Counted from the stretch's first letter, positions 1 to 11,001 are shown. The stretch: 57,148 bases of DNA from Escherichia coli (GCF_003334255.1 NZ_QOWU01000032.1); one strand, 5' to 3'. Notes: a model not told the origin generated them from the sequence alone. Made by a program: numbers and translations.

Positions 1-64
1 ACGCGAGGCATCGTCTTAACGAGGCACCGAGGCGTCGCATTCTTCAGATGGTTCAACCCTTAAG

Positions 65-667
65 TTAGCGCTTATGGGGATCCTCCCCGCCATTGGCAAA
101 CCAGCTTGCGGCAAGGCGCTGTTTTTCTTTCATCTGACGTTGCAGGCTATCGTCGGTGATCAGCCGTAACGCCTGATTCGGGCAAGCGCGAACGCAGGCC
201 GGACCTTCTGGCAAGAAATCACACAGGTCGCATTTCACCGCGACGGTCTGGACACCAGGTTCCCAGCGCAGCAACGCATGTTGGGGCAGCACGTTTTCTT
301 CGCCGTTTTTGAGTGAGCCTTCAGCCTGAAAAACATATTGCGCATGGGCATTCACCGGACGGCTTCCTGAAGCGCTGATTGCGCCAAATGGGCAGACCAC
401 GGCGCAAAGCTTGCAGCCAATACAGAGGCTTTCGTTGAGTTGGATCGCATCATCCCTCTGAGAGATGGCATTGACCGGGCAGACCTGCAGGCAAGGGGCT
501 TCCTCACAGTGATGACACACGACAGGGGCAGTGATTGTTGACGTCTTCGCCAGGGCCAGGCGCGGGTGTTGCTGTAAACCTTGCGTTTTATGCACGTCCG
601 AACAGGCAGCGAGACAGGTATTACATCCTGTACACCACAGTGGTTCGGCCACCACAAAGCGGTTCAT
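65..667 (-). CDS. hyfA: Hydrogenase-4 component A, 4Fe-4S ferredoxin-type subunit
   Basis: Translation has multiple CxxCxxCxxxCP ferredoxin motifs and matches my memory of HyfA (MNRFVVAEPLWCTGCNTC...). The ATG at 665-667 is preceded by AAGGAG; the ORF-track start at 706 is probably an over-extension. Confidence 0.85.
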   Translation of the reverse strand: MNRFVVAEPLWCTGCNTCLAACSDVHKTQGLQQHPRLALAKTSTITAPVVCHHCEEAPCLQVCPVNAISQRDDAIQLNESLCIGCKLCAVVCPFGAISASGSRPVNAHAQYVFQAEGSLKNGEENVLPQHALLRWEPGVQTVAVKCDLCDFLPEGPACVRACPNQALRLITDDSLQRQMKEKQRLAASWFANGGEDPHKR

Positions 668-719
668 GTCGGCTCCTTGAAAATGATATGAAACATTGCA
701 TTTCATATTGCATAAAGGA

Positions 720-735
720 TGCCATCCTGATTAAC
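720..735 (-). promoter_or_regulatory. Putative sigma54 (-24/-12) promoter for hyfA
   Basis: Minus strand reads TGGCAT-cctttA-TGCA, giving the GG-N10-GC spacing of the TGGCAC-N5-TTGCA consensus, about 40 nt upstream of the hyfA ATG. The hyf operon is known to be sigma54-dependent. Confidence 0.5.
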
Positions 736-848
736 TCAATATATTCAATAAGTTATGTATTAACTGGATTCTGAACGGTACAAAAATGATGGTCATTAAC
801 GTTCAGCAAAAAATGGATTCGACACCCGTGTCGCAGGGGAAAGCGAGA

Positions 849-866
849 ATGTGATCTTGATCACGA
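849..866. promoter_or_regulatory. CRP-like site (TGTGA-N6-TCAC) in the bcp-hyfA intergenic region
   Basis: aaTGTGATcttgaTCACgag matches both CRP half-sites with correct spacing. Assignment to CRP rather than another regulator is inference. Confidence 0.3.
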
Positions 867-919
867 GAAGTGAGGTATGCTGGCCGCAAGCGCAGCCAGC
901 ACGGAATGGAGCAAAGTAA

Positions 920-1390
920 TCAGGCGTGTTCTTTCAGCCAGTTCAGCACAACGTCGTGGTGATTGCTGGTTTTGAAATCGTCAAAGACATGTTCGATTTT
1001 GCCATCAGCGTCAATCAGGAAGCTGATGCGATGAATGCCATCGTAGGTTTTGCCCATGAAGGACTTTTCACCCCAGACGCCGAATTGTTCGCACACCTGG
1101 TGGTCCTCATCAGACAGGAGCGTAAAGTTAAGCAGCTCTTTTTCCGCAAAACGGGAGAGTTTTTCGGGTTTATCGGTGCTGATACCCAGCACATCAACGC
1201 CCGCTTTTTTCAACTCATCCATGTTATCGCGTAAGCCGCAGGCCTGTACGGTACAGCCGGGGGTCATGGCTTTCGGGTAGAAATAAACCAGAACACGCTG
1301 TCCCTGGAAGTCGGTCAAATTAACTTGTTCTCCGTCTTGATCCGGCAAGCTAAATTTCGGTGCGATATCACCGGCTTTCAGTGGATTCAT
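920..1390 (-). CDS. bcp: Thiol peroxidase / peroxiredoxin Bcp
   Basis: 156-aa translation (MNPLKAGDIAPKFSLPDQDGEQVNLTDF...) with the peroxiredoxin active-site context PGCT; matches Bcp from memory. Confidence 0.95.
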   Translation of the reverse strand: MNPLKAGDIAPKFSLPDQDGEQVNLTDFQGQRVLVYFYPKAMTPGCTVQACGLRDNMDELKKAGVDVLGISTDKPEKLSRFAEKELLNFTLLSDEDHQVCEQFGVWGEKSFMGKTYDGIHRISFLIDADGKIEHVFDDFKTSNHHDVVLNWLKEHA

Positions 1391-1962
1391 TACTTAACTC
1401 CATCCTGTTCATCATGTTGGGAATAATTGACGACGTTAATACTGCCTTGTGCATTGAGTTCTGTACATAGGGCTTTGAACGCTTGCTCAATATTTGCTGC
1501 GTCCGCAGATGCGGGGCTGTGGGCGGTTATCTGAATATGCAACTGCGCAGCCCGTTCATTTTCAGCAGGTTGCGTGCGCGACACCAGCTCCGCAATGTTC
1601 ATATGATGCGCGTCGAAAAGTGCTGTGAAGCGTTCAATTAAATGCGGGGAGTCTGCCACATCGACCTGAACCCAGACAGATGCTGGCATTGGCGGACGCG
1701 GACGCGCCGTCGTGCGCTTCATCACGATTAAAAGATCCAGTTCGGCACCTTTCAACGGTAACGTTGATTCAATCAGAGTAATGGCATTCCATGAACCGGA
1801 AAGCAGCATAATAAACGTGAACTCTTCTCCCAGCATCGCCAGGCGACTGTCTTCAATATTACAGCCGCAACTACTGACATGACGGGTGATGGTGTTCACA
1901 ATTCCAGGGCGATCGGCACCCAACGCAGTGATCACCAGATAATGTTGCGATGACAGTGTCAA
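1390..1962 (-). CDS. gcvR: Glycine cleavage system transcriptional repressor GcvR
   Basis: Translation (...TLSSQHYLVITALGADRPGIVNTITRH...) matches GcvR, which has ACT-like domains. The 190-aa protein requires a TTG start at 1960-1962; the longer ORF-track start at 2028 is unlikely. The stop overlaps the bcp ATG by 1 nt. Confidence 0.85.
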   Translation of the reverse strand: MTLSSQHYLVITALGADRPGIVNTITRHVSSCGCNIEDSRLAMLGEEFTFIMLLSGSWNAITLIESTLPLKGAELDLLIVMKRTTARPRPPMPASVWVQVDVADSPHLIERFTALFDAHHMNIAELVSRTQPAENERAAQLHIQITAHSPASADAANIEQAFKALCTELNAQGSINVVNYSQHDEQDGVK

Positions 1963-2107
1963 ACTGGTTATTCCTTTAAGGGGTGAGTTGTTCTTAAGGA
2001 AAGCATAAAAAAAACATGCATACAACAATCAGAACGGTTCTGTCTGCTTGCTTTTAATGCCATACCAAACGTACCATTGAGACACTTGTTTGCACAGAGG
2101 ATGGCCC

Positions 2108-2986
2108 ATGTTCACGGGAAGTATTGTCGCGATTGTTACTCCGATGGATGAAAAAGGTAATGTCTGTCGGGCTAGCTTGAAAAAACTGATTGATTATCAT
2201 GTCGCCAGCGGTACTTCGGCGATCGTTTCTGTTGGCACCACTGGCGAGTCCGCTACCTTAAATCATGACGAACATGCTGATGTGGTGATGATGACGCTGG
2301 ATCTGGCTGATGGGCGCATTCCGGTAATTGCCGGGACCGGCGCTAACGCTACTGCGGAAGCCATTAGCCTGACGCAGCGCTTCAATGACAGTGGTATCGT
2401 CGGCTGCCTGACGGTAACCCCTTACTACAATCGTCCGTCGCAAGAAGGTTTGTATCAGCATTTCAAAGCCATCGCTGAGCATACTGACCTGCCGCAAATT
2501 CTGTATAATGTGCCGTCCCGTACTGGCTGCGATCTGCTCCCGGAAACGGTGGGCCGTCTGGCGAAAGTAAAAAATATTATCGGAATCAAAGAGGCAACAG
2601 GGAACTTAACGCGTGTAAACCAGATCAAAGAGCTGGTTTCAGATGATTTTGTTCTGCTGAGCGGCGATGATGCGAGCGCGCTGGACTTCATGCAATTGGG
2701 CGGTCATGGGGTTATTTCCGTTACGGCTAACGTCGCAGCGCGTGATATGGCCCAGATGTGCAAACTGGCAGCAGAAGGGCATTTTGCCGAGGCACGCGTT
2801 ATTAATCAGCGTCTGATGCCATTACACAACAAACTATTTGTCGAACCCAATCCAATCCCGGTGAAATGGGCATGTAAGGAACTGGGTCTTGTGGCGACCG
2901 ATACGCTGCGCCTGCCAATGACACCAATCACCGACAGTGGTCGTGAGACGGTCAGAGCGGCGCTTAAGCATGCCGGTTTGCTGTAA
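2108..2986 (+). CDS. dapA: 4-hydroxy-tetrahydrodipicolinate synthase
   Basis: 292-aa translation starting [19 protein letters not shown]... matches DapA. The ORF-track start at 2090 is a short in-frame extension. Confidence 0.95.
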
Positions 2987-3002
2987 AGTTTAGGGAGATT
3001 TG

Positions 3003-4037
3003 ATGGCTTACTCTGTTCAAAAGTCGCGCCTGGCAAAGGTTGCGGGTGTTTCGCTTGTTTTATTACTCGCTGCCTGTAGTTCTGACTCACGCTATAAGCG
3101 TCAGGTCAGTGGTGATGAAGCCTACCTGGAAGCGGCACCGCTTGCGGAGCTTCATGCCCCGGCTGGAATGATTTTGCCGGTGACCTCCGGTGATTATGCA
3201 ATCCCGGTGACCAACGGTAGTGGTGCTGTCGGTAAGGCGCTGGACATTCGTCCACCAGCCCAGCCGCTGGCACTGGTTTCTGGCGCGCGTACCCAGTTCA
3301 CGGGCGATACCGCTTCATTGCTGGTGGAAAATGGTCGTGGCAATACTCTGTGGCCGCAGGTGGTTAGCGTGCTGCAGGCGAAAAACTACACCATCACCCA
3401 ACGTGATGATGCTGGTCAGACACTGACCACCGATTGGGTACAATGGAACCGTCTGGACGAAGACGAGCAGTATCGTGGTCGTTATCAAATCTCTGTTAAG
3501 CCGCAGGGTTATCAGCAGGCGGTTACGGTTAAACTGCTGAACCTGGAACAGGCGGGCAAACCGGTTGCAGACGCGGCTTCCATGCAGCGTTACAGCACGG
3601 AGATGATGAACGTTATTTCCGCCGGTCTGGATAAATCTGCCACTGACGCCGCGAACGCTGCGCAAAATCGTGCCTCCACCACTATGGACGTACAAAGTGC
3701 AGCTGATGACACCGGTTTACCAATGCTGGTCGTACGCGGGCCGTTCAATGTGGTTTGGCAACGTCTGCCAGCGGCGCTGGAAAAAGTGGGCATGAAAGTG
3801 ACCGACAGCACCCGTTCGCAGGGCAACATGGCCGTAACTTATAAGCCGCTGTCTGACAGCGACTGGCAGGAACTGGGCGCGAGCGATCCAGGCCTGGCAT
3901 CCGGTGACTATAAACTGCAGGTTGGCGATTTAGATAACCGCAGCAGCCTACAGTTCATCGATCCGAAAGGTCATACTCTGACTCAGAGTCAGAACGACGC
4001 GCTGGTAGCTGTCTTCCAGGCTGCGTTTAGCAAGTAA
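3003..4037 (+). CDS. bamC: Outer membrane protein assembly factor BamC (lipoprotein NlpB)
   Basis: Translation [27 protein letters not shown]... has a lipoprotein signal peptide with a lipobox Cys; matches BamC. Lies 14 nt after dapA, consistent with a dapA-bamC operon. Confidence 0.9.
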
Positions 4038-4043
4038 AAATAC

Positions 4044-4070
4044 AGGGCTGGAATCATCCGGCCCTTTTTT
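4044..4070 (+). terminator. Rho-independent terminator after bamC
   Basis: GC-rich stem GGGCTGG/CCGGCCC (one G-U pair) with a 6-nt loop, followed by TTTTTT. Confidence 0.5.
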
Positions 4071-4080
4071 CTGATATGAT

Positions 4081-4096
4081 ACGCAAACGTGTGCGT
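4081..4096. promoter_or_regulatory. PurR operator (PUR box) in the purC leader
   Basis: ACGCAAACGTGTGCGT matches the PurR consensus ACGCAAACGTTTGCGT at 15 of 16 positions; it lies about 155 nt upstream of the purC ATG. Confidence 0.6.
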
Positions 4097-4142
4097 CTGC
4101 AGGAAAACGCGATTTTAGCGGTAATTCGCACGAAATTTGTTT

Positions 4143-4192
<50 letters not shown>

Positions 4193-4249
4193 GGCACACC
4201 AGACAGCAAAAGATTTTAAAACGTTAATTCACACCCAGGAGTGATAAAG

Positions 4250-4963
4250 ATGCAAAAGCAAGCTGAGTTGTATCGTGGTAAAGCGAAAACCGTATACAGC
4301 ACGGAAAACCCGGACCTGTTGGTGCTCGAATTCCGCAATGATACGTCAGCAGGGGATGGCGCGCGCATTGAGCAGTTTGATCGCAAAGGTATGGTGAACA
4401 ACAAGTTCAACTACTTCATTATGAGCAAACTGGCTGAAGCGGGTATCCCGACTCAAATGGAGCGTCTGCTCTCCGATACCGAATGTCTGGTGAAAAAGCT
4501 GGATATGGTGCCGGTTGAGTGTGTCGTGCGTAACCGTGCTGCTGGCTCTCTGGTGAAACGTCTTGGAATCGAAGAAGGTATTGAGCTGAACCCGCCGCTG
4601 TTCGATCTGTTCCTGAAAAACGACGCCATGCACGATCCGATGGTCAACGAATCTTACTGCGAAACCTTTGGCTGGGTGAGCAAAGAGAACCTGGCGCGTA
4701 TGAAAGAGCTGACCTACAAAGCGAACGACGTGCTGAAAAAACTGTTCGATGATGCTGGTCTGATTCTGGTCGACTTCAAGCTGGAATTTGGTCTGTACAA
4801 AGGCGAAGTGGTACTGGGTGATGAGTTCTCCCCGGACGGTAGCCGCCTGTGGGACAAAGAAACGCTGGAGAAAATGGACAAAGACCGTTTCCGCCAGAGC
4901 CTCGGTGGCCTGATCGAAGCCTATGAAGCCGTCGCCCGCCGCCTGGGTGTACAGCTGGACTGA
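4250..4963 (+). CDS. purC: Phosphoribosylaminoimidazole-succinocarboxamide (SAICAR) synthase
   Basis: 237-aa translation [37 protein letters not shown]... matches PurC; GGAG RBS upstream of the ATG at 4250. Confidence 0.95.
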
Positions 4964-5130
4964 TTTTTCTGTTCATCATCTTGCCGTGCAGCTGGCACGG
5001 CAAGACAACCGCTCTCGGAATATATGCATTGAACGCTCATTCCTCCGCCATTTCATCCCGCTTTCCTGTGGTAATCTTCCTCTGAACCACCTACGATCAT
5101 TTCTATAATGAATATATTGTTGAGGTATCT

Positions 5131-5994
5131 ATGCGTTGGCAAGGGCGACGTGAAAGTGACAATGTTGAAGACAGGCGCAACAGCTCTGGTGGTCCATCTA
5201 TGGGCGGTCCCGGTTTTCGCCTGCCAAGCGGTAAAGGCGGGCTGATTTTACTGATAGTCGTGCTGGTTGCAGGCTACTATGGTGTTGATTTAACCGGGTT
5301 GATGACCGGGCAGCCGGTTTCCCAACAACAATCAACGCGGTCAATTAGCCCAAATGAAGACGAAGCCGCAAAATTCACCTCGGTGATTCTGGCAACCACG
5401 GAAGACACCTGGGGACAACAGTTCGAGAAGATGGGTAAGACCTATCAGCAACCGAAGCTGGTCATGTACCGTGGAATGACGCGTACCGGCTGCGGGGCGG
5501 GCCAGTCCATAATGGGGCCGTTCTATTGCCCGGCGGATGGCACGGTTTATATCGATCTCTCCTTCTATGATGACATGAAAGACAAACTTGGCGCGGATGG
5601 CGATTTTGCCCAGGGGTACGTTATCGCCCATGAAGTCGGTCATCATGTGCAGAAACTGTTAGGCATCGAGCCGAAAGTTCGTCAACTGCAACAAAACGCG
5701 ACGCAGGCGGAAGTAAACCGCTTATCTGTGCGTATGGAACTCCAGGCCGACTGTTTTGCCGGTGTCTGGGGGCATAGTATGCAGCAGCAAGGCGTTCTGG
5801 AAACCGGCGATCTGGAAGAGGCGCTGAACGCGGCGCAGGCCATCGGCGATGACCGTTTACAACAGCAAAGTCAGGGGCGAGTAGTACCAGACAGTTTCAC
5901 TCATGGCACTTCTCAGCAACGCTACAGCTGGTTTAAACGTGGTTTCGACAGCGGCGATCCGGCACAATGCAATACTTTTGGTAAAAGCATTTAA
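5131..5994 (+). CDS. ypfJ: Putative neutral zinc metallopeptidase (YpfJ family)
   Basis: 287-aa translation with an N-terminal transmembrane segment and an HExxH motif (IAHEVGHH); matches YpfJ from memory. Confidence 0.85.
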
Positions 5995-6008
5995 CTTCCG
6001 GGGCAGGG

Positions 6009-8024
6009 ATGGCTGAACTGACTGCGCTTCACACATTAACAGCGCAAATGAAACGTGAAGGGATCCGCCGCTTGCTGGTGTTGAGCGGGGAAGAGGGTTG
6101 GTGTTTTGAGCATACTCTTAAGTTGCGTGATGCCTTACCTGGCGACTGGCTGTGGATTTCGCCGCGGCCAGATGCTGAAAACCACTGTTCTCCCTCGGCA
6201 CTACAAACTTTACTTGGGCGCGAGTTCCGGCATGCGGTATTCGACGCCCGCCACGGCTTTGATGCCGCTGCCTTTGCCGCACTTAGCGGAACGTTGAAAG
6301 CGGGAAGCTGGCTGGTTTTGTTACTCCCTGTATGGGAAGAGTGGGAAAACCAACCTGATGCCGACTCGCTGCGCTGGAGTGATTGCCCTGACCCTATTGC
6401 GACGCCGCATTTTGTCCAGCATCTCAAACGCGTACTTACGGCGGATAACGAGGCTATCCTCTGGCGGCAAAACCAGCCATTCTCGTTGGCGCATTTTACT
6501 CCCCGTACTGACTGGTACCCCGCGACTGGCGCACCACAACCAGAACAACAGCAACTCTTAAAGCAGCTAATGACCATGCCGCCGGGCGTGGCAGCGGTAA
6601 CGGCTGCGCGTGGGCGCGGTAAGTCGGCGTTGGCAGGGCAACTCATTTCTCGTATTGCGGGCAGAGCGATTGTCACCGCGCCCGCAAAAGCGTCAACGGA
6701 TGTACTGGCACAATTTGCGGGCGAGAAGTTTCGCTTTATTGCGCCGGATGCCTTGTTAGCCAGCGATGAGCAAGCCGACTGGCTGGTGGTCGATGAAGCC
6801 GCAGCCATACCTGCGCCATTGTTGCATCAACTGGTATCGCGTTTTCCTCGAACGTTGTTAACCACTACGGTGCAGGGCTACGAAGGCACCGGACGTGGTT
6901 TTTTGCTGAAATTTTGCGCTCGCTTTCCGCATTTACACCGTTTTGAACTGCAACAGCCGATCCGCTGGGCGCAGGGATGCCCGCTGGAAAAAATGGTCAG
7001 CGAGGCACTGGTTTTTGACGATGAAAACTTCACCCATACACCACAAGGCAATATTGTCATTTCCGCATTTGAACAGACGTTATGGCAAAGCGATCCAGAA
7101 ACGCCGTTAAAGGTTTATCAGCTCTTGTCTGGTGCGCACTATCGGACTTCGCCGCTGGATTTACGCCGGATGATGGATGCACCAGGGCAACATTTTTTAC
7201 AGGCGGCTGGCGAAAACGAGATTGCCGGGGCGCTGTGGCTGGTGGATGAGGGTGGATTATCTCAACAACTCAGTCAGGCGGTATGGGCAGGTTTTCGTCG
7301 CCCGCGGGGTAATCTGGTGGCCCAGTCGCTGGCGGCGCACGGCAACAATCCACTGGCGGCGACATTGCGTGGACGGCGGGTCAGCCGGATAGCAGTTCAT
7401 CCGGCTCGTCAGCGGGAAGGCACAGGGCGGCAACTTATTGCTGGTGCTTTGCAATATACGCAAGACCTCGACTATCTTTCGGTGAGTTTTGGTTACACCG
7501 GGGAGTTATGGCGTTTCTGGCAACGCTGCGGTTTTGTGCTGGTGCGGATGGGTAATCATCGGGAAGCCAGCAGCGGTTGCTATACGGCGATGGCGCTGTT
7601 ACCGATGAGTGATGCGGGTAAACAGCTGGCTGAACGTGAGCATTACCGTTTACGTCGCGATGCGCAAGCTCTCGCGCAGTGGAATGGCGAAACGCTTCCT
7701 GTTGATCCACTAAACGATGCCGTCCTTTCTGACGACGACTGGCTTGAACTGGCCGGTTTTGCTTTCGCTCATCGTCCGCTATTAACGTCGTTAGGTTGCT
7801 TATTGCGTCTGTTACAAACCAGTGAACTGGCATTACCGGCGCTGCGTGGGCGTTTACAGAAAAACGCCAGTGATGCGCAGTTATGTACCACACTTAAACT
7901 TTCAGGCCGCAAGATGTTACTGGTCCGTCAGCGGGAAGAGGCCGCGCAGGCGCTGTTCGCACTTAATGATGTTCGCACTGAGCGTCTGCGCGATCGCATA
8001 ACGCAATGGCAATTATTTCACTGA
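6009..8024 (+). CDS. tmcA: tRNA(Met) cytidine acetyltransferase TmcA
   Basis: 671-aa translation with a Walker A-like motif (AARGRGKSALAG) and a C-terminal GNAT-like region; matches TmcA (YpfI). Confidence 0.9.
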   Translation: MAELTALHTLTAQMKREGIRRLLVLSGEEGWCFEHTLKLRDALPGDWLWISPRPDAENHCSPSALQTLLGREFRHAVFDARHGFDAAAFAALSGTLKAGSWLVLLLPVWEEWENQPDADSLRWSDCPDPIATPHFVQHLKRVLTADNEAILWRQNQPFSLAHFTPRTDWYPATGAPQPEQQQLLKQLMTMPPGVAAVTAARGRGKSALAGQLISRIAGRAIVTAPAKASTDVLAQFAGEKFRFIAPDALLASDEQADWLVVDEAAAIPAPLLHQLVSRFPRTLLTTTVQGYEGTGRGFLLKFCARFPHLHRFELQQPIRWAQGCPLEKMVSEALVFDDENFTHTPQGNIVISAFEQTLWQSDPETPLKVYQLLSGAHYRTSPLDLRRMMDAPGQHFLQAAGENEIAGALWLVDEGGLSQQLSQAVWAGFRRPRGNLVAQSLAAHGNNPLAATLRGRRVSRIAVHPARQREGTGRQLIAGALQYTQDLDYLSVSFGYTGELWRFWQRCGFVLVRMGNHREASSGCYTAMALLPMSDAGKQLAEREHYRLRRDAQALAQWNGETLPVDPLNDAVLSDDDWLELAGFAFAHRPLLTSLGCLLRLLQTSELALPALRGRLQKNASDAQLCTTLKLSGRKMLLVRQREEAAQALFALNDVRTERLRDRITQWQLFH

Positions 8025-8097
8025 CTCCTTCAATTTTATCTCATGGTCATTGTGAGTCAGCGGCGTAAAATTAATGACATCAGTTAAGGAGTTCGCC

Positions 8098-8796
8098 ATG
8101 AAACATGACCATTTTGTTGTTCAAAGCCCGGATAAACCTGCGCAACAGTTGTTACTGCTTTTCCACGGTGTCGGGGATAACCCGGTGGCAATGGGGGAAA
8201 TAGGCAACTGGTTTGCACCGCTGTTTCCTGATGCGCTGGTGGTGAGTGTCGGTGGCGCGGAGCCGAGCGGTAATCCGGCGGGGCGTCAGTGGTTTTCGGT
8301 GCAGGGTATTACGGAAGATAATCGCCAGGCGCGTGTGGATGCGATCATGCCGACGTTTATTGAAACGGTGCGCTACTGGCAGAAACAGAGCGGAGTAGGG
8401 GCTAACGCCACGGCGCTCATCGGTTTCTCTCAAGGCGCGATTATGGTGCTGGAGAGCATTAAAGCCGAACCGGGCCTTGCTTCACGCGTCATTGCTTTTA
8501 ACGGACGCTATGCGAGCCTGCCGGAAACTGCGTCTACAGCCACGACAATTCACCTGATTCATGGCGGTGAAGATCCGGTTATCGATCTGGCGCATGCGGT
8601 TGCGGCGCAGGAAGCGTTAATCAGTGCCGGTGGTGACGTGACGCTGGATATCGTGGAGGATTTAGGCCATGCGATCGACAATCGCAGTATGCAATTTGCC
8701 CTGGATCACTTGCGTTATACCATTCCGAAACATTATTTCGACGAAGCGCTAAGTGGCGGTAAGCCTGGCGATGATGATGTGATTGAAATGATGTAA
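8098..8796 (+). CDS. ypfH: Esterase YpfH (alpha/beta hydrolase)
   Basis: 232-aa translation MKHDHFVVQSPDKPAQQLLLLFHGVGDN... with a GxSxG nucleophile elbow (GFSQG); the ORF-track start at 8074 is an N-terminal extension. Confidence 0.85.
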   Translation: MKHDHFVVQSPDKPAQQLLLLFHGVGDNPVAMGEIGNWFAPLFPDALVVSVGGAEPSGNPAGRQWFSVQGITEDNRQARVDAIMPTFIETVRYWQKQSGVGANATALIGFSQGAIMVLESIKAEPGLASRVIAFNGRYASLPETASTATTIHLIHGGEDPVIDLAHAVAAQEALISAGGDVTLDIVEDLGHAIDNRSMQFALDHLRYTIPKHYFDEALSGGKPGDDDVIEMM

Positions 8797-8809
8797 AAGA
8801 CAGATTACC

Positions 8810-8892
8810 TGGCCTGATAAGACGCGTGAGCGTCGCATCAGGCATCGTTCACCATTGCCGGATGCGGCGTTAACGCCTTATCCGGCCTACGG
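8810..8892. repeat. REP element cluster (BIME-like) between ypfH and ypfN
   Basis: Inverted REP units: GCCTGATAAGACGCGTGAGCGTCGCATCAGGC and GCCGGATGCGGCGTTAACGCCTTATCCGGCCTAC. Confidence 0.55.
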
Positions 8893-8905
8893 TTGAGCAC
8901 TCAGC

Positions 8906-9106
8906 TTACTTCTTCGGTTGATCCTTTTTCGGCCAGTCGTCGTCATCGTCCCACTTATCGTTGAAATCACGATGCGGGGGAAGCTCCGGCTTGTTGGCGA
9001 GAAATTTCTTATGGTCGACGCGCTTGAGATCTTTAATCACGTTCAGCAGGACGCCTACCAAAAAGACAATCACCAGAATCCACCAATATTTAGCCAGCCA
9101 GTCCAT
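8906..9106 (-). CDS. ypfN: Small membrane protein YpfN (66 aa)
   Basis: Translation [23 protein letters not shown]... has one transmembrane helix and an acidic C-terminus; matches YpfN. The ORF-track start at 9130 is probably an extension. Confidence 0.75.
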
Positions 9107-9133
9107 GCTTATTTCCTCTTGCAGAACCACTCA

Positions 9134-10261
9134 TCAGGCGACGAGCTGTTCCATGATACGTTGATACATACGGGCAAGTAGCTGCAGGTCGGCAGCGTTC
9201 ACACATTCATTAATTTTATGAATAGTGGCATTGACCGGCCCGAGTTCCACCACCTGCGCCCCCATGCGGGCAATAAAGCGCCCGTCGGACGTTCCGCCTG
9301 TGGTCAGTAGCTGCGGTTTAATTTCATTATAGTGCTCAACCGCGTTAACGACCGCATCCACCAGTTTACCGCGCGCGGTCAAAAATGGCTGCCCGGAAAG
9401 CCACCAATCCACCGTATAGCGCAGTTGATGTTTTTCAAGCAGGGCAAGCACCTGCGCTTTGATCATCTCATCAGTCAGTTCGGTGCTGAAGCGGAAGTTA
9501 AACTGCACAAACAGTTCACCCGGAATAACGTTGTTACTGCCCGTTCCCGCCTGAATATTGGCAATCTGCATACTGGTCGCCGGGAAGAATTCATTGCCCT
9601 GATCCCACTCAATAGCCACTAATTCATTAAGGAAAGGTGCTGCGCGATGTACCGGATTGTCAGCCAGATGTGGGTAGGCAACATGCCCCTGAACGCCATG
9701 AATGGTAAGGTTGCAGGTTAATGATCCGCGACGACCATTTTTCACCACATCACCTACCACTTCGATACTCGACGGTTCGCCAACCAGGCAGTAATCGAGA
9801 CGCTCATTACGTGCCATTAACGCTTCGACGACTTTTACCGTACCGTTGTGGGCACTGGCTTCTTCATCAGAGGTGATCAGAAATGCCAGTCGCCCCGTAT
9901 GGTTGGGATGTTGTGCGACAAAACGTTCTGCCGCCACCACCATCGCCGCCAGCGAGCCTTTCATATCTGCCGCACCGCGCCCGAATAACATGCCGTCACG
10001 AATGGTGGGTTCAAACGGGGGATTGATCCAACGATCGGCGTCGCCAGGCGGCACCACGTCGGTATGCCCGGCAAAGGCTAACGTTTCACCCTGCCCACGC
10101 CATGCCCAAAAATTCTGCGTATCGGCAAAGTCCATGCGTTCAACGGTAAAACCGATCGCCTGCAAACGTTCAATCAACAAAGCCTGGCATCCTGCATCAT
10201 CAGGACTCAGGGAAGGGCGGCGAATAAGCTGTTGTGTCAGCTCAATAACCGGGCACGACAT
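9134..10261 (-). CDS. dapE: Succinyl-diaminopimelate desuccinylase
   Basis: 375-aa translation [38 protein letters not shown]... of M20 peptidase type; matches DapE. Confidence 0.95.
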
Positions 10262-10264
10262 AGA

Positions 10265-10639
<375 letters not shown>

Positions 10640-11001
10640 TTATGAGAATAAATACTCATTTAAGGGTGAAAACATTTTGCCTGCAAATGATTATCAGGAA
10701 ATATAACATTATCGAAGTATTCAAATTAACAACTATTAAATAATATTAAACATTTTTAACGTAAACATTAAGAATATTCATCTTGTTATCTGTCTGTATT
10801 TTAACCAGAATTAAATCAGTATTAGATGCCGTATGAATATCTCGAAATGTTGCTGTGTATCACATACAAATCATCACCGCAGGACCATAGTATTTACATA
10901 AGATTTGTCCCCCGGAGGTAGTCATCGCAGCAATCGAGTAAATTAGCTTCACCACGGTATATTGTTTCCGTAGAATACCCATAATTATAAGAGAGGTTGT
11001 T

